A stretch of 64,000 nucleotides of DNA, taken from the NCBI RefSeq assembly GCF_963921235.1, contig NC_086108.1:15066001-15130000 (forward strand), in the 5' to 3' direction. This document shows positions 53,201 through 64,000 of the stretch, one piece after another. Below the pieces are notes generated by a model that saw nothing but the letters and a program-made list of their open reading frames with translations, did no database searches and had not been told where the DNA came from. The position numbers were made by a program, and so were the translations under genes. Every line of letters starts with the position of its first letter. The stretch's first letter is position 1. The DNA is from Mobula hypostoma (Eukaryota).

Positions 53201-54462
53201 GTAAGCCGTCTATTTGTGAACAGTTGGGCTGCGTCATACCACAGGGCACAGAAGTGGTAGCAGATAGAGCTGAGAACAACCATTAGAGGGCAGCAGGAGA
53301 AAGCAAGATGACTATTTGTTAGGAGAGTGCAGCAAGCAAATGGAGTACTGCTATGCCTCCAGTTGACTGCAGGCATAGCAACAATTTAGAGTGCCTAATT
53401 GCTATGGGATTTGCCTGCTGCACTCTCCCTCAGAAACACAACACTCTAAATTACTGCTATACCTCTAGTCAAACTACTTCAACCATCCTAATGTATTGAT
53501 GAACTACTGAACCAGAGTTTATGTAGGGAAGGGAAGGCAGAGTGATTAAAAATGATCAAAGGTGCTGCCACCAAAATCAGTGGATTCAGGGGACATGGTC
53601 AACCTCAAAGTAAAAGTAAGAAATCAAAGTGGAGTGTATTGTCACAAGTACATGAATGCACGGGTGCAGTGGAAAACTTAAAGTAGGATTATAGGCACAG
53701 AGCATTTGAGCCACAGCATTCACAAGAAGGGAATAAATTAAACATAAATTATCCCAAAAAAAGAACACAATTAGAACATTTAAAAAGTCCATTGTAGGGT
53801 AAAGTGATGATAGTGTTTCTATACTGAGCTAGAGATTAAGGTACTACATGTTGGTTCAAGAACCAACTGACTGAAGGGAAGTACCTGTTCTTGAATCTGG
53901 TGGTGTGGGACTTAGAGCTTCTGTACCTCCTTCCTGATGATAGCTATGAGAAGATTGCTTTACCTGGATGGTGGGCATCTTTGATGATAGAGGTTGCTTT
54001 CTAGAATCAGCATCGGTGATATATTGGCCTCAGTCTACCTCTCTTTGCAGCTTCTTGCATTTCTGTCAATCTGGCAGTGACAAGTGACTGGACTGATGTT
54101 GTGGGAACTGACAGTGGAGGGGTATTAGTGGAAGGCCTTGTTTGCCCTGTTACTTTCTTGACCCCTTCTTACTTTCTGCTTTTATAGTGTGTGGCCACCA
54201 GGTGGGGCATCAATTTATCATTCTGAGCAGAATCAAGAAAGGAAGTAGTCAGGGATGCACAGAGGAAGAGGGAGGCCCTCCCCTTGAATGGCTAGTTTAT
54301 TCTGACTAAGTTGTTTCCAATCATGGCTAGGCCAATTAGCCCCTCATACCTGTTCTGCCATTCAGTAAGATCAGACTGATCCTCAACCTCTACACACTTT
54401 TCCACACTAATACCATATCCCCAGCACACTGTGTCTCTAAATCCATTGATCCTTTGAATATA

Positions 54463-56650
54463 CAAGTGTGTGCCGCTTAACGTCCATTCGGACAACATCC
54501 AATCGCATATACGTCCGCAGTCCCGTTGGAGAACATGACGTAGCTGACGTAACCAATCTCATGTATTGCGCGTCTCATGAGTTATCTCGCTGTTTAATTT
54601 TCTTTCGAAAATTTTACCGTGAGGTGCATCATGGCTTCCAAATGCAGCAAAACCACTCCTAGTGATAGCAGCAGCAAGAAGCAAAGGAAGAGTATTGATT
54701 TGGAAGTGAAACAAAAGGTTATTAAACAATATGAAGGTGGAAAACTATTGAATGCTAGTGCTCGGGATTTAGGCATGTCACACTCAACAATCACAACAAT
54801 CCTGAAAAACAAAGAAAAAATTCTCGAAGCTGTTAAAGGATCGGCTTCACTGAAAACTACAAGGCTCACGAAAATGCAAGGGGGACCTATATCGGATATG
54901 GAGAAATTGCTAATGACATGGATTGAGGACCAAACACAAAAGAGAATCCCTCTCAGCACGTTGACCATCACTGCTAAGGCACGGAGCTTGTTCGAAATGC
55001 TTAAAGAAAAAGCAGGCCCAGACTACGGTATCGAGTTTAGTGCTAGCTCTGGGTGATTCAAGCGCTTCAAGCAATGTTCTTCACTGCATAATGTGAAAGT
55101 TAGTGGTGAGTCTGCGAGTGCTGATGCGAAGGCAGCAGAAGAATTTGTTGAAACCCTAGATAAGCTAATTGTAGAGGGAGGTTATTTGCCCCGGCAAATT
55201 TTTAGTGTGGACGAAACCTCCTTATTCTGGAAGCGAATGCCTGAAAGGACCTTCATCCATAAGGAGGCCAAGTCAATGCCAGGCTTTAAGGACAGAGTGA
55301 CAGTGTTGTTAGGAGGCAATGTTGCTGGCTACAAGTTAAAGCCATTTGTTATTTGGCATTGTGAAAACCCCAGGGCTTTCAAGAACATCAATAAGTACAC
55401 ACTACCTGTGTATTATAGGAGCAATAAAAAGTCCTGGATGACACAAACGCTGTTTCAGGATTTCCTTCTAAACTGCTATAGCAGTGAAATAGAGAAAAAC
55501 TGCTTAGAAGAAGGCATACCTTTCAAGATTTTGCTAATTGTCGATAATGCTCCAGGACACCCCCCCCCACCCCCCGTTTCATTGGTGAACTCCACCCCAA
55601 CATCAAAGTGGTGTTCCTCCCACCAAACACCTCTTTAATACAGTCAATGGAGGAAGGGGTTATTTCTGCATTTAAGGCCTACTACCTAAGGAGGACTTTT
55701 GCTCCGGCTATTGCTGCAGCAGATGACACTGAAGCAGTTTTGGAAAGAATACAACATGTACCACTGCATAAAGGACCTTGCTTGGGCCTGGGATGATGTA
55801 ACCAAAGAATGCATGAAAGGCATATGGAAGAAAATATTGAAGCGGTATGTGCATGACTTGAAGGGATTTGAAAAGGATGAGATTGCAAAGATTAATAACG
55901 CTGTTGTCGACATGGCAAACAACAACCTGGACTTGGACATAGATGATGAGGACGTTGAAGAACTCCTAGAGGTGGTTCCTGAGGAACGAACAAATGAAGA
56001 GTTGCTGGAGCTAGAGCAAGAGCAAATAGCTGAAGAAGAACAGGTGCAGAAGAGGTTAACTGTTGGGGGTTAGCCAGATTCTTTGCAGGCCTTAACAGCT
56101 TGCTGAAGAGATGGACCCAAATACTGAACGCTTTTCACTGATAGAGAGGAATGCTCATGCAGTGTTTGCTGCATATAGCGAAATTTATGAAGAAAGGAAA
56201 AGGCAGACTAGGCAAACAACACTGGACATATTCCTGAAGAAGCCAACACCTCCTGAAGAAGAGCCTTAGCCAGGTCCTTCAGGCATTACAGGAGATGATA
56301 TTATCATTGTTGGTGATAGTTCATCAATGTAGGTTATTCGACCTGCAACTCTTCGAACAGTGACGTGGATGATCCTGATCCTCTTTGATAAATTGTGTGT
56401 GATATAGGCTAAGTAAGTGTTTGCATAAAAGTTTAAGAAGTGAAAAAAAATTTAAAAGTTTAAAATGAAATAAATTATAGTGTACAGTATGCAGTTTTAG
56501 TGTAAGTTCTTGGCTATTTAGTCAATACAGGTACACTACAGTACTCCTTATAGGTTTGCTAATTATATAATATGGTGTTCACACAACGTCCAAATCACAT
56601 AACGTCCGATTTCACAGAACGTATCGTGGATGTTAAGCGATGCATATCTG
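54463..56650 (+). mobile_element. Tigger/pogo DNA transposon, full length, pseudogenised CENP-B-like transposase
   Basis: TIRs caagtgtgtgccgcttaacgtcca / tggatgttaagcgatgcatatctg; TA flanks; HTH (RKSIDLEVKQKVI), VDETSLFWK, LIVDNAPGH; stop at 55054, poly-C frameshift near 55560. Confidence 0.93.
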
Positions 56651-58096
56651 TAGTGACAGACCACCACTCCCTGAGATGGTGATTTGCTACCCACAGGATA
56701 AAGCAATTTCTTGTCACCTCTGCTTTGAATGGTTGACCTCTTATTTTAGATCAACCCTTCTTCTGGACATTCCAGTCAGGGAGTATATCATCCCTACATT
56801 TATCCTGTCAAATCCAGAAAGTATTTTGTACAGCAAAATCACCACTTAGTCTTCTAACTAGTCTCTGTCTGTTTAATCTCTTCCAGACAACAATTCCCCT
56901 CCCTTTCTGCACTCCCTCCATCACAACTTAAGGTAGAGAGATCAGTTGTGCACAGTATTTCAAGTGTAGTCCCACCAGAGAATTGTGTACTTGAGGCATC
57001 TTGCTATAAAGGCCATCCATTGCCTTACTATTATTTGCTCCACCTGCATGTTAACATCCTCCTCACATGACTCAAGGCTCGCCTCTCAGTCAGTGGGTCT
57101 GGGTTATAATTCTCCAGCACTATTGCACACCAGTGTAGAAAAGTGGACATTTAGAAATACTGTCCTTGGAGATGAAAACAAGTCCTTGAGTCTTCTTTTG
57201 GGGTAGATGTAGGTTTTTCCTCAGTACGTATTGTTCTGTAAGTAAACTATCCACAGCCCACGATATGCTTCCAGTTTATAACACATATCCACTTACAGTA
57301 AAACTCTAGTAATCCACATGCTCAGATCTCTGGAGTGGGATTAGCAAATCTTCTCGATATTTGGATGTTGTTCACGTTAGATGTTAACATATAACCATAT
57401 AACAATTACAGCACGGAAACAGGCCACCTCGGCCCTTCTAGTCCATGCCGAACTCTTACTCTCACCTAGTCTATTAATCTATTACAGTACCTTAGTGAAT
57501 TGGTAAGTTTAAAGGGAGCACAGGACCCTGGTAGGTCGAAAGATAAGTGAGAACTAAAATGCAGAAGGAAACACAAAAGCAAAGGTCCAGGTTATTAGGA
57601 GGCAGTTTAGGAACTGGATCCCAGTGAGTGGGAGGGAGGGAGTGTGAAATTGGGTCCAGAGAGTCAACAAACGTTATCCAGTGAGTCAGATGCCAAACCA
57701 TTGAGATTTCCAAATGGTTGGATACTGGATTATGGATGTTACCCTACAGTTAAACCACCTGAATCTTTCTATTAGAGTACAGCCAAATTGGAGGCTATTG
57801 AAACATACAAGACCTTAAGGGGAATTGTCGGTGTGATTGAGGCAAAGATGTCTTTTGAATTTTTTTTAAGGGAGAGGTGGATAGATTCTTGATAAGCAAG
57901 AGTCTGAAAGGCTATGGTGGGTAGTCAAGAATGTGAAGTTGATGCCACATCCAGAATAACCACAGTAATGAGTAACAGAACCAGTTCAAGAGTCTAAATC
58001 CTTCTAACTCACATGTTTGTATCTTGATTGTTTTTGGCAGTACCCTTGTGTGATGCAACTGTTTCTAAATGTGATATTTTGTTCTTGTTTCCCCAG

Positions 58097-58500
58097 ACCT
58101 CTACTACTCTCATCACTCCTCTGGATCTGTGGCACCCTACCTACCGCATTATAGACGGGCTGGCAATGTACCAGAACCCCCTCTGCCTCCTTCCAGTGTT
58201 CAGTACCAGGACCATTACCCATCCTACATTCAGGAGAGGATGGGAAGCTCTCAGTACTCCAGCCCTCAGCAGTACCCACTGGCACAACCAGTTTCAGGAA
58301 TGTACCCTCCCCATTATGATGGGCGGCGGATCTACCACCCTCTACAATCTTACCCAAGGGAGGACATTCGAAACAGCCCAATACCAGTCGATGTACCATC
58401 TGCAGTGACTAACTGCATTGCAGAGCCAAGGGAATGCTACGCTCCTGAAAGCTATTATACCATGAGCTCTCACCCCACCCAGATCAGGCCTGCATACAGG
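58097..58500 (+). CDS. RC3H1: Roquin-1 exon (approx. 12), proline-rich: LYYSHHSSGSVAPY...DHYPSYIQER...HYDGRRIY...HPTQIRPAYR
   Basis: ORF 58129..58524; ccccag acceptor, AGG|gtaggt donor; phase 1 to 0. Confidence 0.93.
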
Positions 58501-60673
58501 GTAGGTCCCACTGGTATCACTTAGACTGCTACCACCTTGTGTTCTGTGCAATCTTCTTGGAATTTCTGCTGGTATCTGTCCATTCTGTGTTATCAGAAAT
58601 CATTGGTGAACCTTGTGCATTTTGTTCCTTGTCAGAATTCTCTCTGAAGTCAATAAATGTCCAGTGCACACTCACAGGCTCATTCTAGAGTTGACATACA
58701 CACTGACGAAATAACCCCAGTTTCTTTCTTCTGAATTCCACCCAGACACAAGGAGGCACTAATTATTTCATACAGGTGTCACAGAAAAGGATGTATTAGC
58801 ACTGGATTATCCTGTGTGATAGTAAACCCTGCTGAGGCATTTACAGCTTGCTCTTTGGAATAAATTGGAACAGATACAGGTCTATGTGTCCTCGAATACA
58901 AGACCAAACCAATAATCATCTCTGACAAGGTATCCTTCTGTTCCAGACCAACCCAAATCACCTTCTGTCAAAGTATTTTGCCTCCAATTATGCACCGATT
59001 CAGTAAACACTTTCCAGTCGGGTATCCCATTCTGCTATTCAAGCCCAGCCCAGGAATTTTCTACATTGTGAGCTTTGCTGACCTCATCATGGAATATGCC
59101 AGGACACACAATAAAATGGTAAACACTCAGATTAAGTATAACTGAAGGGGATCCTGTGATGCTGTGGAGGGGTGAAAAATAAAATCTTTGTTGTCCTGAC
59201 CTGAGGTGAAGAGATAAAAAAAGGGAAGTCCTGACCTGAAGTGAAGAGATACAAAAGGAAGACCTGAACCAGATACATTGAATTGTCACTGATGAAGATG
59301 AACTATGAGGACAGAGTGTGCTGCTCCTTCAGCAATCATTAATCTTAGAAACATAGAAAACCTACAGCACAATACAGGTCCTTTGGCCCACAATGCTGTG
59401 TCTAGCATGTACTTAGAAATTACCAAGGGTTACCCATAGCCCTCTATTTTTCTAAGCTCCATGTATGTATCCAGGAGCCTCTTAAAAAGCCTCTTGATGG
59501 CAGCCATCTGGAAAAGCAAGAGTGAAGGCAGTTTTTCAGGCATCCCTCAGTGGAAACTCGCCCACTACTGTTCATGAGGGGGATACAAGGAAACAGCCCT
59601 GTAGCAGTACTCTGTAAATGCACAGGACTAAATCACCCGGAAAGGCAGCAGCATCATGTCTGACGGAACCTAATGGAATCCTTCCAGCCAATAATCAAAA
59701 ACATCTTGAGTGCAGTGGATTTTAGGAATTTGGAAATGTAAAAGCTTTTGATTTGCTAAGGTGCCACATTGTAGATATGATGAGGCGCATGATGAGCATG
59801 GGTAGGTGATCAGACAACTTCTGGACTGGAGCGATGTCTCTGGAGGTGAATGTTGAATTTTGGTTTCTGTCTCAGTGATTGATTGGAGGATGTGGAATGC
59901 CTAATCAGGAGACCAAAATGCCTCGTAGTCTTGGTGCGAGAAGATGGATAAATATTTGAAAAAGGAAAAATGGAGCAGGTTGAGGAAGAGTTTAGCTCGA
60001 ATAGCTAAAGGAAATAGATGGACCAAGAGGCAGCAAAGTACAATGAGCTAAGTGCTGAATGAGTATGTGTGGTCCCTGGGTATTATTCACCATTTGGATT
60101 TTGCAATTTTCTTGCACTTTCTCCCATGTCATACAAGCTGTCTAACGTCTTCAAAATCTCAACCAAGCCATCAGTCTCCTGTGTCAGACAGGCAACTGTG
60201 GAACTGGAGCCTTGTCCTGTCTGTGCGTGTACTTTCTGGCATTATTCTATGGGTAGTGTGGAACTGCAGCTGTGGGGTGCTAAGTGCTACTGTAAGCCAA
60301 ACTAAAGTTGGCTAACACAGCACAGAACTCCTGTGCTGTGTGAACCCATCTTCATTTTAGAGACCAATACTAACACAGGAGAAAACAGTGCCTTTGCCTG
60401 ATAGTGATTGACTGTTGTTTCTGACAGTGGAATTTACACTGCAGAATCTGGCTTTTCAGCCCATCTAAGCTCTGTCTATGTTTATGTGCATAAGCTTCCT
60501 CGCCTAATTCATGTAAACCTACCTGCACGTCCTCTGTTTCTTTCCACCTTCTGTCATTCTGCTTGTACATGAAATGGCTGATGTGCGTGGAGTTCATCTG
60601 CCAATAAGATCACATTCTAAATGCCCACGGGGAAAAGCATGCAAACATTGCTGATTATACTCTTTTGTTACAG

Positions 60674-60847
60674 GATCCTCACAGCAGGGTGCCCCAGCAC
60701 CAGCCTCAGCCCCCACCAAGCCTGGATTACCTACACCGGCGGAGGAAAGAGCTTATGGCTCAGCTCGAGGAGCGGAAAACCATCTCTCCACCTCCCTTCC
60801 CTCCAACAGCAGTGATACCATCTTCCTTTGTAGATGTTTCCTCAGAG
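60674..60847 (+). CDS. RC3H1: Roquin-1 exon (approx. 13): [58 protein letters not shown]
   Basis: ORF 60665..60934; tacag acceptor, GAG|gtactt donor; [21 protein letters not shown] is characteristic of RC3H1 rather than RC3H2. Confidence 0.93.
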
Positions 60848-60920
60848 GTACTTGGAATTCTCAGTTTTCTGTTGCCAAGGAAGTACGATCTACCACAGAG
60901 TCTGGAAGTGAACAGTGGTC

Positions 60921-63900
60921 TCTGGACAGGCTGAGAGTGAATGGTTGACTCAGGGCCAGGCTGGGGACAAACGGTTGTCTCAGGACCAGGCTGGGGATGA
61001 ATGGTTGACTCTGTACCAAGCTGGGGTTGAACAGTGCCCTCTGGGCCAGTTTGGGGATGAATGGTTGACTCTGGGCCAGGCTGAGAGTGAATGGTTGACT
61101 CAGGGCCAGGCTGGGGATGAACGATTGACTCAGGGCCAGGCTGGGGATGAACGATTGACTCAGGGCCAGGCTGGGGATGAACGATTGACTCAGGGCCAGG
61201 CTGGGGATGAACGATTGACTCTGGGCCAGACTGGGGTTCAACAATGTCCTCTGGGCCAGGTTGGGGATGAACGGTTGACTTTTAGCCAGGTTGGGGATGA
61301 ATGGTTGACTCTGGGCCAGACTGGAGTTCAACAATGTCCTCTGGGCCAGGTTGGGGATGAACGGTTGACTTTGAGCCAGGTTGGGGATGAATGGTTGACT
61401 CTGGGCCAGGTTGGGGATGAATGGTTGACACAGAGCCAGGTTGGGGATGAATGGTTGACTCTGGACCAGGCTGGGAATGAATAATTGACTCTGGGCCTGG
61501 TTGGGAATGAATAGTTGACTCTGGGCCAGGTTGGGGATGAATGGTTGACTCTGGGCCAGGTTTTGGGGATGAATGGTTGACTCTGGGCCAGGTTGGGGAT
61601 GAACACTACCCTCTGGGCCAGGTTGGGGATGAACGGTTGACTCTGGGCCAGGTTGGGGATGAATGGTTGACTCTGGGCCAGGTTAGGGATGAACGGTTGA
61701 CTCTGAGCCAGGTTGGGGATGAATGGTTGACTCTGGACCAGGCTGGGGATGAATGGTTGACTCTGGGCCAGACTAGGGTTCGACAGTGTCCTCTGGGCCA
61801 GGTTGGGGATGAACACTACCTTCTGGGCTAGGTTGGGGATGAATGGTTGACTCTGGGCCAGGTTGGGAAGGAATAATTGACTCTGGGCCTGGTTGGGGAT
61901 GAATAGTTGACTCTGGGCCAGGTTGGGGATGAATGCTTGACTCTGGGCCAGGTTTTGGGGATGAATGGTTGACTCTGGGCCAGGTTGGGGATGAATGGTT
62001 GACTCTGGGCCAGGTTGGGGATGAATAATTGACTCTGGGCCAGGTTGGGGATGAATAGTTGACTCTGGGCCAGGTTGGGGATGAATGGTTGACTCTGGGC
62101 CAGGTTGGGGATGAATGGTTGACTCTGGGCCAGGTTTTGGGGATGAATGGTTGACTCTGGGCCAGGTTGGGGATGAATGGTTGACTCTGGGCCAGGTTGG
62201 GGATGAATGGTTGACTCTGGGCCAGGTTGGGGATGAATAGTTGACTCTGGGCCAGGTTGGGGATGAATAGTTGACTCTGGGCCAGGTTGGGGATGAATGG
62301 TTGACTCTGGGCCAGGTTGGGGATGAATGGTTGACTCTGGGCCAGGTTGGGGATGAATGGTTGACTCTGGACCAGGCTGGGGATGAATGGTTGACTCTGG
62401 GCCAGGTTGGGGATGAACGGTTGACTCTGGGCCAGGTTGGGGATGAATGGTTAACTCTGGGCCAGGTTGGGGATGAACGGTTGACTCTGGGCCAGGTTGG
62501 GGATGAATGGTTGACTCTGGACCAGGCTGGGGATGAATGGTTGACTCTGGGCCAGACAAGGGTTCGACAATGTCCTCTGGGCCAGGTTGGGGATGAACAC
62601 TACCTTCTGGGCTAGGTTGGGGATGAATGGTTGACTCTGGGCCAGGTTGGTAATGAATAATTGACTCTGGGCCTGGTTGGGGATGAATAGTTGACTCTGG
62701 GCCAGGTTAGGGATGAATGGTTGACTCTGGGCCAGGTTTTGGGGATGAATGGTTGACTCTGGGCCAGGTTGGGGATGAACAGTTGACTCTGGGCCAGGTT
62801 AGGGATGAATGCTTGACTCTGGACCAGGCTGGGGATGAATGGTTGACTCTGGGCCAGACTGGGGTTCAACAATGTCCTCTGGGCCAGGTTGGGGATGAAC
62901 ACTACCCTCTGGGCTAGGTTGGGGATGAATAGTTGACTCTGGGCCAGGTTGGGGATGAATGGTTGACTAGGGGCCAGGTTGGGGATGAATTGTTCACTCT
63001 GGCCTAGGTTGGGGATGAATGGTTGACTCTGGGCCAGGTTGGGGATGAATGGTTGACTCTGGGCCAGGTTGGGGATGAATGGTTGACTCTGGGCCAGGTT
63101 GGGGATGAATGGTTGACTCTGGGCCAGGTTGGGGATGAATGGTTGACTCTGGGCCAGGTTGGGGATGAATAGTTGACTCTGGCCCAGGTTGGGGATGAAT
63201 GGTTGACTCTGGGCCAGGTTGGGGATGAATGGTTGACTCGGAGCCAGGTTGGGTATGAATGGTTGACTCTGGACCAGGCTGGGGATGAATGGTTGACTCT
63301 GGGCCAGGTTGGGGATGAATAGTTGACTCTGGGCCAGGTTGGGGATGAATAGTTGACTCTGGCCCAGGTTGGGGATGAATGGTTGACTCTGGGCCAGGTT
63401 GGGGATGAATGGTTGACTCTGGGCCAGGTTGGGGATGAACGGTTGACTCTGGGCCAGGTTGGGGATGAACGGTTGACTCTGGGCCAGGTTGGGGATGAAT
63501 GGTTGACTCTGGGCCAGGTTTGGGGATGAATGGTTGACTCTGGGCCAGGTTGGGGATGAATAGTTGACTCTGGGCCAGGTTGGGGATGAATAGTTGACTC
63601 TGGGCCAGGTTGGGGATGAACACTACCCTCTGGGCTAGGTTGGGGATGAATGGTTGACTCTGGGCCAGGTTGGGGATGAATGGTTGACTCTGGGCCAGGT
63701 TGGGGATGAATAGTTGACTCTGGGCCAGGTTGGGGATGAATGGTTGACTCTGGGCCAGGTTGGGGATGAATGGTTAACTCTGGGCCAGGTTGGGGATAAA
63801 CGGTTGACTCTGGGCCAGGTTGGGGATGAACACTACCTTCTGGGCTAGGTTGGGGATGAATGGTTGACTCTGGGCCAGGTTGGGAATGAATAATTGACTC

Positions 63901-64000
63901 TGGGCCAGGTTGGGGATGAATGGTTGACTCTGGGCCAGGTTTTGGGGATGAATGGTTGACTCTGGGCCAGGTTGGGGATGAATGGTTGACTCTGGGCCAG
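60921..64000 (+). repeat. 30-bp minisatellite (gggccaggttggggatgaatggttgactct)n, about 100 units, continuing past the window end
   Basis: Direct reading; the ORF track shows decapeptide repeats LGQVGDEWLT / PGPESTIHPQ. Confidence 0.98.

Noticed and set aside
54619..56073. Domesticated TIGD/CENP-B-like gene
   Set aside because: In-frame stop, frameshifts, and retained TIRs with TA TSDs indicate a decaying transposon
60915..63623. Long repetitive ORFs (LGQVGDEWLT, PGPESTIHPQ, FIPNLAQSQP repeats)
   Set aside because: By-product of a 30-bp stop-poor unit; broken by 31/32-bp units; the exon 13 frame stops at 60934
60921..64000. CRISPR-like array
   Set aside because: Head-to-tail tandem units without unique spacers, in a vertebrate intron, with no cas genes

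Overview
Eukaryotic genomic DNA, most likely from a cartilaginous fish (ray or shark; inferred from the repeat landscape, not proven). The + strand carries 11 consecutive internal coding exons of Roquin-1 (RC3H1): end of the RING/HEPN-N region, the ROQ domain, HEPN-C, the CCCH zinc finger and the proline-rich region. All have GT-AG boundaries and compatible phases; the first coding exon and the C-terminal exons lie outside the window. The introns are dense with often nested transposons: CR1 LINEs, Rex1/Babar-type LINEs, two Tc1 elements, a Tigger/pogo element, TA-flanked and hAT-like MITEs, Deu-domain SINE remnants and Penelope-like elements (PLEs). There are also two G-rich minisatellites (36-38 bp and 30 bp units). 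The most notable signals are (i) minimal type-I hammerhead ribozyme motifs in PLE 3' tails, two of them core-intact and sense to the Roquin pre-mRNA, one 155 nt upstream of the zinc-finger exon; (ii) a short, TSD-flanked fold-back element family built from inverted copies of that PLE tail; (iii) a dense inverted-repeat cluster after exon 11; and (iv) RC3H2-like residues retained in this RC3H1. Exon numbers follow the human gene from memory and are approximate. No database search or folding calculation was run.
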